DNA of 64,000 nucleotides, taken from assembly GCA_965224325.1 (NCBI GenBank), contig CBDCYT010000008.1, positions 5,455-69,454 on the forward strand, in the 5' to 3' direction. The notes under the pieces were generated by a model that saw only the letters and a list, made by a program, of their open reading frames with translations, was not told the DNA's origin and did no database searches. Below are positions 8,682-18,001 of the stretch, one piece after another (positions within the stretch are counted from its first letter, which is position 1; each line of letters opens with the position of its first letter). Origin of the DNA: Dehalococcoidia bacterium (GTDB taxonomy: Bacteria; Chloroflexota; Dehalococcoidia; Lucifugimonadales; UBA3495). Made by a program: the position numbers and the translations under genes.

Positions 8682-9593
8682 TCAGCCATATGGGAAATGT
8701 GGGATAAATTCGTCGAACCCTGCAATGGTGACCAGTGAGAAGTTATCGTCCAGTTTTTGGGCTAGTTCCTTCACCATAGGGGAAAGGGTTTCTTCGGCAG
8801 TGCCTTCCAAGATGCACCAGAATATTCCCTGGGGGAATTTCCTCGCATCTTGGGTTCGGTCAATGAGCAAGCTTCGCATGATGGAAGGTTCAGCACCTCG
8901 GTAGCCGACGACTATTAGAGGATGGTCACGAAGGAGGGGCAGTATCTGCAATGCCAAGTCTTTGTCCAGTTCCTGTACTTCTTCCTCCATGATCCGGTCC
9001 ATGTAGTGATCGGCTTTGCCATGCAGGTGAATCAGCTGCGGGTGCAATGGAGCCGTATTTATTCTGTGCTGTTCGCTTGGTTCCGAGATGGTTATCAGTG
9101 GGCCAGGGCCGAAGGCTGTTTGAAAACGGTCGTCGAAGTTGGGAGTGAGCAAGGTTCGGATGATGCGCTGTTTGACCAGCCGGACCAACTGGTGGTATCC
9201 GCTGCTCGGCTCGGAGACACTGTTGAGCACATGAAGCAGAAACTTCCGCCTTAGTTCTCTTGGCGAGTTGAGGAGGCGCATTGAGTGCTGGTAACGGTCT
9301 TCTACCGCCATGTTCTTTGAGAACCATGTTTGGGACTGGAGGAAGATCTGGACGTCGCTCTCCCGTATCCTTGGGTCATCCGTGTTCCAGCCTTTGTTCA
9401 TAGCGGTAGCCCAGCGTGCTGCCTGGGTGGCCATGTCGTGCGCCATAGGTACGCCTGAAGTTGCCGAGGCCCCTGCCCCGAACAGAATCACAGGGTCGGT
9501 TTCGGCTTCTTTGATTATGGCGGTTAAGTGTTCTGTGCTGATGCGCCGCATCTTGTTATCCTTTTCTGCAGGCGTGCTCGGATTTGTCGTCAT
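8682..9593 (-). CDS. SIR2-family (SIR2_2-type) protein, candidate NAD+-consuming defence effector
   Basis: The 303-aa ORF carries VILFGAGASATSGVPMA, LLTPNFDDRFQ and LIHLHGKADH, landmarks of the SIR2_2 family. Its ATG overlaps the stop of the upstream gene (ATGA at 9591..9595). Confidence 0.8.
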   Translation of the reverse strand: MTTNPSTPAEKDNKMRRISTEHLTAIIKEAETDPVILFGAGASATSGVPMAHDMATQAARWATAMNKGWNTDDPRIRESDVQIFLQSQTWFSKNMAVEDRYQHSMRLLNSPRELRRKFLLHVLNSVSEPSSGYHQLVRLVKQRIIRTLLTPNFDDRFQTAFGPGPLITISEPSEQHRINTAPLHPQLIHLHGKADHYMDRIMEEEVQELDKDLALQILPLLRDHPLIVVGYRGAEPSIMRSLLIDRTQDARKFPQGIFWCILEGTAEETLSPMVKELAQKLDDNFSLVTIAGFDEFIPHFPYG

Positions 9594-10024
9594 CAGGTTG
9601 CGCTCACCACCCTTCGCATATAGACCATCGGGTTTCCGTACGGCCCACCAGAAAGCGAATCAGGGCTACGGTGCTCGATCACTGGCCCTCTGCCCATTTT
9701 GCTGCGCCACGCTCCGTTGGGCATTTGAATAGTCGCGTGCTCCCAGGTACCTTGATCCTCGTAGAGGGCAATCTTTTGGTAGCCTGACTGGGAGGTGCCG
9801 TCGTCACATTCCTCGAATCCCAATCCGACAAAAACTTCCTGCAGGCTTTCAATTCGCTCTGACCTTGTCGCATAGGATGGCCAGTAGCGTCGGGGGGTAT
9901 GATCCCACCACTGGCTTGTATCCCCTGCGGCATACGCGATGCAGTTGTACAGGTCTGACGGCGGATCAATTACGGTAAACCCTTCGTTGCGAAGGTTGGG
10001 GAATGACACATTGAGCCATGTCAT
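9593..10024 (-). CDS. Small Cys/His protein, possibly papain/NlpC-P60-like fold; function unknown
   Basis: The ORF track gives 163 aa. The likely start is MTWLNV at 10024 (143 aa), 4 nt after the upstream stop. Conserved-looking blocks are LYNCIAYAAGDTSQWW and TWEHATIQMPNGAWRSKMGRGPVIEH. The fold assignment is a guess. Confidence 0.5.
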   Translation of the reverse strand: MTWLNVSFPNLRNEGFTVIDPPSDLYNCIAYAAGDTSQWWDHTPRRYWPSYATRSERIESLQEVFVGLGFEECDDGTSQSGYQKIALYEDQGTWEHATIQMPNGAWRSKMGRGPVIEHRSPDSLSGGPYGNPMVYMRRVVSAT

Positions 10025-10028
10025 CCAC

Positions 10029-13000
10029 CTAGATGGGGCCAAGGTCTTCGCCCCATTGCAGCCAAGAATTCTGCATCGCTGCAATGTTGCCGAAGTCGGC
10101 TGGCGATACCGGATCTTCTCCTGTTATCTGTTGTAGGGCTTCAAACCAGTGTCCTCCTTGGGAACGCATTCGCTCAAGAATGAGCGGTACTACCGGTCGG
10201 CCCAAGTCGATAATCTCCTGGTGAATCGGGTGTGCAATTGTACGGTCTGATCTGGACAAGAAGAAAGTTTCTCGTTCCCACTGGTCGGCCAGTTCTTCGA
10301 ATCTCTCCCGTTCGGCAGGTTCGATTTCCTCCAAATCGGCATACTGGTTGTAGCCAAGGCCGCGGACGTGGGGCTCGGTGTTGAGTAGTTCGCGCAAGTG
10401 CGCCAACTCGTCGGCATTCCAGCCCATGGCTTCAGCGACGGCTTCGTCCCACAGCCGGCGCACTTTGCACTCGCCGTCGCGGAACTGAGGGACTTCCATG
10501 TCCTTGGTGCGCTCCCAGCAGTCCGTCAGGGTTCGGCGTATGAGGTCGTCTTTGAAGTTAGGAATGCGGATATTGCCGGAGGCGGCTGGGTTGTATAGGG
10601 GAAACTCTAGTGTGCGTCCTGGATTTCTCATGAGTTGCAGTCGACCTGGCGTTGAGTTGATGAAAACGGCAGTTGCCTTGCTTTCTTCGGCCGTCAGGCC
10701 CGTGACGGGAATGAAGCCTATACCTACGTGCTTATGGTCGCTTGCCGTGGCGGTTAGACGCCCTGTGTTGTTGCGCTGGCCTTGTGTTATTAGCAGGTGG
10801 CCTGCTTTTTCCAGCATCCTTTTCGTTTCCGGGTGGATACCGCTGTTGAGTCTTATTTTCTCTTCATCCATTTGCTTGGGCACCCGATACTCGTCGGGCG
10901 TACTAGTGATGTTGGTCTGTCCCTTGGCTCCTTCTGATGCCAGCACAGGGAAACTTCCATCTGTCTCCATGTCGGTTGTCATAAAGGTGCCGTGCAGCGT
11001 TTGGTACGTCGAATGGATCGATACTTCGGGTATGTCCTTGATGGCGTGGAGGTATGGATCGTAGGCGAACCTTGCCGCTGCTTCCGCCAATTCTGGGGAG
11101 CGCCAGATTGCTGGTGTCCAATCTCCCGATTCGATGCTTTTTGCAGGCCAGTGAGATATTACACCCCAGCCATCTTCTATTTGGCCCTCGGGGCATGCCA
11201 GGAGCGCTCGGTGCATTTCGGTAACCTCGTTGTCGTCAAGGGGCATTCGATCTAGGCTGATGAACTTGGTGTCATGCTTGGTACCATCGTGTCGCTTGAC
11301 AATAATGATGCTTTCGTTGATGGTGGTGTTCTGGCTCATGTTTGTCTGTCTCGGTTGGTGGCAGGTGAGCACAGTGTGGATGTGGTAGCGCTGGGCGAGG
11401 ATGCGCCTCTTGTCCAGTGCGGACGGAGCACAAAGGGCTACTGTTGGATTGATCATCGTCAGGACACCTTCTGCGTCCGTTAGACATTTGTCCGCAAGGG
11501 TGGTGAACAAAGGTTCTAAGGCGTTCTTGTCAACAAAATCTTCAAGAGCATTGTCGTTGTGGATTAGCATCCGTTCCAGGACGTCCGCGCGAGACCGTAA
11601 CGCTTGCTGTGTTGTTTTGGAGAACTTTTCTCCCATCTTGGTGCGGTTGGTGAACGGTGGGTTCATGATGATGATGCGAGCGTCTTTGACCGCCTCCACC
11701 GCATCTTCCAGCTCGGCGTCATCGTGCTGGTTCCAAGCGATTTGGGTGCCGATTTTGTCGTCAGCCAACCCCAACTCGCCGTCCCTGGCGACAATTGCCT
11801 TCTGGCCCAGCAACTCAAGTGTGCCGGCCGATACCTTGGTGAGGTCGTCCGGCGTCGGGCCGTAGGGCATCAGGTGCAGGCCCATCTTCCGGTATTGGAT
11901 CTCTCGATTCCCAGCCGTGAGTTGCGACGCCGCTAGTTGCAGCGACATTGGGTTGATGTCCAGCCCTTTGATGGTTTCTTCGACTGCCAACTTTTGTAGT
12001 TGGGCGAGATCTAATTCATCGGCGCCTTGTTCCTGTGCCCGCCGCTTCATGTCAGCGAGCATTGCGGTCAGCAGAGTTCCGCTGCCGCAAGCCAAGTCAA
12101 CGGTCTTGTGATCTCGCCACACCTGCGGGTCGCTCCAGTCCATGTCGCCGCAGGCGTCCAACGTTAGGCGCGCGGCGATGGCCGCCGCCACTGGCCGCGT
12201 GAAATAGGCACCGTCACTGGCCTGGTTTCCCATGAATTCGTTGAATATAGGGCCGGCGTGGTCGGTGCCCATCTCGGCGTAAGTCGTCGCGATTTCTTGG
12301 GCTGCGGCAGCCACGTGGCGCAGCGCCTTTTCTAGGCCAGCTATCTTGCCGGTGTTCTCCGCGGCGTACACCGTTTCCAGGGCGGGTTCCAGCACTGCCA
12401 GGAAGTCATAGCGCATGATGCGCTCCCACTCCCGGCACAATCGCTTCACGACGTTTGCGTCGTTCTTGATTTCCGATAGATTGCTGATGGGCAGCCAGCT
12501 GCCGACGGCGATGCGCTGGTGAAGCATGGCAGCGTTCATCAGAAGCAGGGCGGCGACATTGCAACTGTCGTTGCGCTTGCCCTCGGCCAAGTTATCCATT
12601 TGAAAGTGGTTGTCCAGCGTGGACTGTAGGCCGTCCTCCCGTAGATGGCGGCCTGCCTCCAGCACGCAGTCCCGCAGAATGTTCAGGTCGCGCTCTACGT
12701 TGTTGCCTTTCAGGCCGGACTTGGTGAGCAGGTTCATCCTGATGGCCGTGGTGTTGTCATTGAGTCCGGTGAGCAGCAGCATTTGCAGCGCGCTGCGGTT
12801 GCTGCGTTCCATGGGATCCTTGGGCTTTCGCTTGCTGGTGTGTTCCACGCGCACGCCCTCGCCGTTGTTCACCATTCGGCGCGCCTTGTCTTTAGTTTCC
12901 CTGATGTCTATAGGACCGAGGGTTCCGTCCGGCTTTGCCTTTTCCCGGGGAGCCCGGTCAACTCGTGATTCAGTGCTGCCGTCAGCGTTCTGATGCGTGG

Positions 13001-15524
13001 TCAGCACTGTATAGATGTCGTTGGCGGTAATGGTATCCAGCGTTAATTTCTCCGGATGTTCCTCGGTTATTCGTTGCAGCAGGTCTGACGACCATCCCGG
13101 GACGCTGGTCTCGGTGATCGTAGGCGTCTCCGGCACCGGGGTTCCCGGCTGTTGCGTCTCGTATGCGCCCGGCGGTTCCAACGTGGCTACGGCCGATCTG
13201 GTTTCCTCGTCAACCGCGGGTACTTCTCTCACCCGCCCTTGTAGTTCGCTGAGGGGACGCAGTCCCACGTCCTGGGGGCGGGCCTTGTGCTCTACAACCT
13301 GTTCGGAGGTTTTCTGGGCCTCGCCTACGGGGCCCACGTGGTAGTGGTGGCGGATGTAACCGGATTCCTGGTTGGCCACGCTGACAGCAGTGGCTACAAC
13401 TTCCTCCGCGGGGGGAACGTAGAGTGTTATCAGTTCCGACAATCGGTCTTCAATGCGCTCGTCGTGGGCACGCAAGGCCAGCAGTATCTGGCCCAGTTCC
13501 TCCCAGCCGTCTTCTTTGCTGCTAGTTTGCAGCCACTCTTCTGGATCTGCTTGGGGCGGTATAACAATTGGGCAAATGATGTAGCCCACTTCTTTTCCTG
13601 GAGCGGTGCGCATGGCGCGCCCGACGGCTTGAATCACGTCAATTGGGCTCTTCCGTGGTTCAAGGAATGCTACGGCGCTCAGCGACGGAGAGTCGGTACC
13701 CTCGCCGAAGATGCCCACGTTCAGGATGCCGTGCGGGCGTTCACTGGTGGCCTGCGCTAGGTTGCCTTTGGCTTGATCGCGGCGCAAGATGTTAGAGGAT
13801 GCGTCCAGGTGTTCCAGTTCGTATTGGGCGGCGTGGCGGCCCGGGAGGTTATCGTCCAAGTATTTCTGAATCCATTCCCTGGCGGTGTCGGACTGGAGAT
13901 CCCTAGCCATGTTCTTGGACTTGTCCACCGTGTTCATAAAGGCGATGCAGGATTTAATCGCTACTTGTTTCTCTGCGTCATCGTCCTGCTGGGTGGCGTT
14001 GCCCATGGCTAGGGCGAAAGCTAGCCCCCGGATGTAGTGGTCGGAGGTGAGGGCCTGTCGCCCTTTACTTTGGGTGTTTTTGGCGAGTAGGTTGGCAGCT
14101 CGATAAGCATCAGGGTCGTTGACGCCGATGGCAATGATACGGTAGTCGGACAGCCAGCCATTGTTCACGGCGTCAATGTAGCTGCGTCGGTAGATTTCCA
14201 CGCCGAACACGGTTTCATCGTCCATGGACCGGACAATCCACTCATCGTTGTTGCGCTGGACTTTCTTCTGATCGTACACTTTGGGCGTGGCGGTTTGGTA
14301 TATGCGGTAGGTGGCGGGGAATGCGTCATTGTCGTGGCAGAGGGTAAAGTTCCGCAGGTTCGGATTCTTCCCGTTCTGCGCATTCTTGCGCAGGCCGGCG
14401 GTCCTGTGGGCTTCGTCGCCGACCATTACGCAGGCAGCGGTTCCCGTACTGCGGAGGGCTTCCGCGACGCGATGTGCGCTTTGGTAGGTGCCGAAGATAA
14501 CGCCAATGTCTTGGCGTTGTTGGGCCGCTTCGATCCATTCGCCGATTGCTTGGGCGTCGGTGGTGACTTGCCCCTTAATGGCGGACGCGCTGACGTTGCT
14601 GCCATCGGCGGTGGGGTTTTTGAGCGTATCGCGTTTTTCTTCGTTTTTGGGATCGTAGCCGGCCGTTTCGTCGGAGCAGACGGCCAGGGCGTTGATGCTG
14701 CCAATGGCGTGTTGCAGGTACTCGCGTCGAATTTGGGCGACCAAGGCGATGGATGGGCATAGTACGACGGACACGTCGCCGGCGGGCGTCAGTGCTTCGA
14801 CGATGCGTAGCGAGATGCGGGTTTTGCCTGTGCCGCAAGGGAGGATTATCTTGCCTCGGGCTTGGCCTACCGGCAGTCCTCCACTATCGCACTGGACGTG
14901 GTCCTGAAGAACGCGGACGGCGGCGGCGACGGCTTCGTCCTGCATACACTGCTTGGTTTGTCGTGCCGTCTCCGGCGCGTCTGGCTGGCAGTGCGGGCAA
15001 GGCTGTTCGTCTTGTCCGCTGCTTTGGCTCAGCAGGTCTGCGTGGATGTTTACGGGCTTGATAGGACGGTCAACGCCGGCCATGGAGAGGGCTTGCTCGG
15101 CCTGCGGGCTAAAGGGCGCCTCGCCGTTGGCGACCAGCCAGCGTTCCGCCCAGAATGGGTTGGACGAGGCGTTTGCAAAGGAGTCCAGTTCGCTTTTCTG
15201 GATTGCTACTGGTATGCCGTTCTCGAGCCGGCGGGACTTGCACTGGATAGCAATGTGTCGTCCGTCACTACGCCGCACGGCCACGACGTCGATGCCGATG
15301 TCCTGATTGGTGGAGCCGGGGAACGTAATTTCGCGGTCCGGCCATTCCGTCCAGGTCCAGCACTCGACTATGTCCCACTCCTTGATGTAGGGGCCGACGG
15401 CTGCGGTGAGGTTTTCCAGCCACTTGCCGCCCGACTGCTGGTCTCGCATTGATTCCAGCCTGTCGATGGCGTTTTCTATGATGACTCTTGCGTCGTCGTT
15501 TAGCATCGGTGCTCCCTCGGCCAA
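10029..15524 (-). CDS. Type ISP-like single-polypeptide restriction-modification enzyme (Mrr-type nuclease + SF2 helicase-like ATPase + gamma-class N6-adenine methyltransferase + C-terminal region)
   Basis: The 1831-aa ORF carries these motifs in order:
- PD-(D/E)xK: DIGIDVVAVRRSDGRHIAIQCK, aa ~75-96.
- Walker A: PCGTGKT, ~14820..14840.
- DEAH: GDEAHR, ~14406..14420.
- Motif VI: QAVGRAMR.
- GAYFTRP, an HsdM-like motif.
- SAM motif I: VDLACGSGT, ~12075..12101.
- NPPF: 11652..11663.
About 540 aa follow that could hold a target-recognition domain. Confidence 0.85.
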   Translation of the reverse strand: MAEGAPMLNDDARVIIENAIDRLESMRDQQSGGKWLENLTAAVGPYIKEWDIVECWTWTEWPDREITFPGSTNQDIGIDVVAVRRSDGRHIAIQCKSRRLENGIPVAIQKSELDSFANASSNPFWAERWLVANGEAPFSPQAEQALSMAGVDRPIKPVNIHADLLSQSSGQDEQPCPHCQPDAPETARQTKQCMQDEAVAAAVRVLQDHVQCDSGGLPVGQARGKIILPCGTGKTRISLRIVEALTPAGDVSVVLCPSIALVAQIRREYLQHAIGSINALAVCSDETAGYDPKNEEKRDTLKNPTADGSNVSASAIKGQVTTDAQAIGEWIEAAQQRQDIGVIFGTYQSAHRVAEALRSTGTAACVMVGDEAHRTAGLRKNAQNGKNPNLRNFTLCHDNDAFPATYRIYQTATPKVYDQKKVQRNNDEWIVRSMDDETVFGVEIYRRSYIDAVNNGWLSDYRIIAIGVNDPDAYRAANLLAKNTQSKGRQALTSDHYIRGLAFALAMGNATQQDDDAEKQVAIKSCIAFMNTVDKSKNMARDLQSDTAREWIQKYLDDNLPGRHAAQYELEHLDASSNILRRDQAKGNLAQATSERPHGILNVGIFGEGTDSPSLSAVAFLEPRKSPIDVIQAVGRAMRTAPGKEVGYIICPIVIPPQADPEEWLQTSSKEDGWEELGQILLALRAHDERIEDRLSELITLYVPPAEEVVATAVSVANQESGYIRHHYHVGPVGEAQKTSEQVVEHKARPQDVGLRPLSELQGRVREVPAVDEETRSAVATLEPPGAYETQQPGTPVPETPTITETSVPGWSSDLLQRITEEHPEKLTLDTITANDIYTVLTTHQNADGSTESRVDRAPREKAKPDGTLGPIDIRETKDKARRMVNNGEGVRVEHTSKRKPKDPMERSNRSALQMLLLTGLNDNTTAIRMNLLTKSGLKGNNVERDLNILRDCVLEAGRHLREDGLQSTLDNHFQMDNLAEGKRNDSCNVAALLLMNAAMLHQRIAVGSWLPISNLSEIKNDANVVKRLCREWERIMRYDFLAVLEPALETVYAAENTGKIAGLEKALRHVAAAAQEIATTYAEMGTDHAGPIFNEFMGNQASDGAYFTRPVAAAIAARLTLDACGDMDWSDPQVWRDHKTVDLACGSGTLLTAMLADMKRRAQEQGADELDLAQLQKLAVEETIKGLDINPMSLQLAASQLTAGNREIQYRKMGLHLMPYGPTPDDLTKVSAGTLELLGQKAIVARDGELGLADDKIGTQIAWNQHDDAELEDAVEAVKDARIIIMNPPFTNRTKMGEKFSKTTQQALRSRADVLERMLIHNDNALEDFVDKNALEPLFTTLADKCLTDAEGVLTMINPTVALCAPSALDKRRILAQRYHIHTVLTCHQPRQTNMSQNTTINESIIIVKRHDGTKHDTKFISLDRMPLDDNEVTEMHRALLACPEGQIEDGWGVISHWPAKSIESGDWTPAIWRSPELAEAAARFAYDPYLHAIKDIPEVSIHSTYQTLHGTFMTTDMETDGSFPVLASEGAKGQTNITSTPDEYRVPKQMDEEKIRLNSGIHPETKRMLEKAGHLLITQGQRNNTGRLTATASDHKHVGIGFIPVTGLTAEESKATAVFINSTPGRLQLMRNPGRTLEFPLYNPAASGNIRIPNFKDDLIRRTLTDCWERTKDMEVPQFRDGECKVRRLWDEAVAEAMGWNADELAHLRELLNTEPHVRGLGYNQYADLEEIEPAERERFEELADQWERETFFLSRSDRTIAHPIHQEIIDLGRPVVPLILERMRSQGGHWFEALQQITGEDPVSPADFGNIAAMQNSWLQWGEDLGPI

Positions 15525-15750
15525 AACAAAGTATCAACGCTGACCAAGGCGGCTCTGGCCAACGTCCACCGCTATTCTAGAGCGGTGCGGGCTTGGTCCT
15601 AGAACCCTCGGCGCAAATTCTGTTTCGATTGGAATCAGGCTAGTCGGCAGATTCTCTGGTCGTACCCCCAGTAGTGGTACTGAACGACTAGGGTCTTCGG
15701 AAAGCCCCGTGCGGCTGGTTCTCCTCTGCTGTAGCCCGCTCCTACAACGA

Positions 15751-16104
15751 TCACGTAAGAGCGTTTCCCTTCATCTCGCTCAGGTCACCTGTGCTCAGGG
15801 TTCGGACGAACTCCAGACCCATGTCGGACGCTAACCCTTGGGCGTCCTGGACGGTCCGGGTCCTTGCGAAGTCTCCCTTCATAGTGCCGCTGTTGGCCTC
15901 CATACGGTCCAGCTGGGTGTCTATGCGGTCGAGCCGGGCATCCAGGTTCGCGTGAGTCGTTCTCTGCTCCTCTACGAACAAGTCGAACCTGACCGGGAGC
16001 TGCAGCAGTTGCTCGCCCAGTATCTGGGCCCGGACGGCGTCCCGCCACTGGAGGTTGTTCCTGAGCGCCTCGAGGAAATCGTCCTGGCTGTTTATGGTCG
16101 TCAT
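15751..16104 (-). CDS. Hypothetical coiled-coil protein
   Basis: The likely start is MTTINSQDDF at 16104; the longer ORF-track version runs into a MITE. It contains a heptad-like stretch, ANLDARLDRIDTQLDRMEAN. No catalytic motifs were seen. Confidence 0.4.
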   Translation of the reverse strand: MTTINSQDDFLEALRNNLQWRDAVRAQILGEQLLQLPVRFDLFVEEQRTTHANLDARLDRIDTQLDRMEANSGTMKGDFARTRTVQDAQGLASDMGLEFVRTLSTGDLSEMKGNALT

Positions 16105-16159
16105 GGTGCGGATTATACCCCGTTCCCCGTCCATTGGTCTGCTTAATCGGTAGTTGCCG

Positions 16160-16322
16160 CAGGGCAACCGCATTCTAAATTCGGACGAGTCTGGAAGTCG
16201 GAATTCCTTCGACAACCAGTAAAAGCGTCCGTTGGATTACGCCCAAATCGGTCATTTCAACGGTAATTAGCCAAGAGGCTGACCATAAATTCCTTGCGTC
16301 AAGTTAGAATGCGGTTGCCCTG
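16160..16322. mobile_element. 163-bp MITE-like element with 19-bp perfect terminal inverted repeats and a 10-bp target duplication
   Basis: CAGGGCAACCGCATTCTAA at 16160..16178 is the exact reverse complement of TTAGAATGCGGTTGCCCTG at 16304..16322. The direct repeat GTAGTTGCCG flanks the element (16150..16159 and 16323..16332). Confidence 0.6.
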
Positions 16323-16573
16323 GTAGTTGCCGTGTCTTTGGCCGCGGCCCTTCTGTTGGCGTCGCTGCGCCTGCGGGATTGCCTGTGGTTCTCGGCGCAG
16401 GTCTCACAACGGGTCTGGCCGAGGATAGCCGGTCGTATGCAGTTCCGGCACTTGCCGAGTTCCTTGGCTTTCCGCTGACGTGATTGGGCGAGTAGACGAG
16501 CCTGCTCCTTGCGCTCCGGTGTCTGGTTTCTTCGCCGTTCATACTCAGCACGCTCTTGCTTCTTTGTCTCCAC
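16304..16573 (-). CDS. Small basic zinc-ribbon protein (CxxC...CxxC)
   Basis: The 89-aa ORF has an Arg/Lys/Glu-rich N-terminus followed by GKCRNCIRPAILGQTRCETCAENH. The last residues and the stop codon are supplied by the MITE right end. Confidence 0.45.
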   Translation of the reverse strand: METKKQERAEYERRRNQTPERKEQARLLAQSRQRKAKELGKCRNCIRPAILGQTRCETCAENHRQSRRRSDANRRAAAKDTATTRATAF

Positions 16574-16753
16574 GGAGGCCGAGTCGGGCTTGGTATGGAG
16601 CTTTAGTTTCCGCGCCTTTGCCGGAGACTCTCCGGGGCGTGTGCTGGCGGTACTTTTCTGTGGCGGCGGTACGGGCTGTTTTTTCTTGGTCTTGGAGCAG
16701 TTGCCTGAGCTGGCTGGTTCCGGCAGGGAGAAGCTAAACTCGAAGGTAGTATG

Positions 16754-18001
16754 GCCTACTGCCCACTTGTGCGGGGGAACCCATCGTCCTCTACATCGCC
16801 CGGCCCGGCTGGGGGGTCTATCCCCGCATGGGCGGGGGAACCTTGTCTCGTAGGGCGTCGGCCAGCGTTGGCCTGGGTCTATCCCCGCGTGGGCGGGGGA
16901 ACCTTGGAGCTAACCGGATGGGCTGGTATTTGAATCGGTCTATCCCCGCGTGGGCGGGGGAACCTTGGGATACCGAACGCTTAGAATGACTGTCTCGGGT
17001 CTATCCCCGCGTGGGCGGGGGAACCGGTTTCGGCCGGCTGGTCTAGGATGACGCCGTTGGTCTATCCCCGCGTGGGCGGGGGAACCCCTTCGGCTTGAGC
17101 CTGAAGGAACGCATCGACGGGTCTATCCCCGCGTGGGCGGGGGAACCCTGCCGATGTGCCGGAGTGTGCCGTCTTGATAGGGTCTATCCCCGCGTGGGCG
17201 GGGGAACCCCCTCGTCGTGGTAAAGGCCGACGGCGGGCAGGGGTCTATCCCCGCGTGGGCGGGGGAACCAAAGGAGTGAATGATGGCAAGCCAGCCGCCG
17301 AAGGTCTATCCCCGCGTGGGCGGGGGAACCAGCTCCACATCCCCTAGGGCCGCCGTCGCCTTCGGTCTATCCCCGCGTGGGCGGGGGAACCAGCCGCGTC
17401 GCCCACGGGGTCAGCGTCGCCACCGGTCTATCCCCGCGTGGGCGGGGGAACCAGGCGGCGGCGGCCTTCCATGGTGACATAGGGGGGTCTATCCCCGCGT
17501 GGGCGGGGGAACCGAGATGAATCTCAATACCCGGAAGAACGGCTGCGGTCTATCCCCGCGTGGGCGGGGGAACCCCCTGCTCGCACTACAATCTGGAGCT
17601 CCGGGTCGGTCTATCCCCGCGTGGGCGGGGGAACCTCTAGGGGAGCCTGGGCGGTGTACGCGCTGGTGGGTCTATCCCCGCGTGGGCGGGGGAACCGGCC
17701 GAGCCCTCGTCGATGAGCAACACGGAGAAGGTCTATCCCCGCGTGGGCGGGGGAACCGTCACAGGCCCACCGTCGCGCTCGGCCTGGACCGGTCTATCCC
17801 CGCGTGGGCGGGGGAACCGGGTGGCCGTGCCGTACGTGGGCGCGCTTCCGAGGTCTATCCCCGCGTGGGCGGGGGAACCTCACGGACGAGCAGTTCGCCT
17901 ACATAGTCTACCGGTCTATCCCCGCGTGGGCGGGGGAACCAGGCCTGCCTGTTGCAGCAGCTCCACCGGGTAAGGTCTATCCCCGCGTGGGCGGGGGAAC
18001 C
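16754..18001 (-). CRISPR. Type I-E-like CRISPR array: 20 repeats of 28 bp plus one degenerate terminal repeat, 33-bp spacers
   Basis: GGTCTATCCCCGCGTGGGCGGGGGAACC recurs at an exact 61-bp period from 16815 to 17974. The 16815 copy has one mismatch, and 16754..16781 is degenerate (18/28 identical, last 11 nt perfect). The reverse complement GGTTCCCCCGCCCACGCGGGGATAGACC has the I-E stem CCCCGC/GCGGGG and an ATAGACC tail. Transcription is therefore inferred on the minus strand, with the leader at 18002..18109. Confidence 0.96.

Noticed and set aside
7084-8690. A search for the IS1380 terminal inverted repeats and target duplication.
   Set aside because: Only a weak AAACC..TTGTC resemblance was found between 7120..7140 and the reverse complement of ~8640..8660. 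This is not convincing, so the ends are left undefined.
10033-15452. Numerous 60-196-aa plus-strand ORFs inside the 1831-aa gene (for example 14862..15452 and 13287..13760).
   Set aside because: They are antisense shadow ORFs of a long GC-rich gene whose own frame carries the full motif series.
16574-16753. The alternative placement of the CRISPR leader on the low-coordinate side.
   Set aside because: Repeat decay occurs at this end (one mismatch at 16815, a degenerate copy at 16754), and the I-E repeat polarity also points to the other end as leader-proximal.
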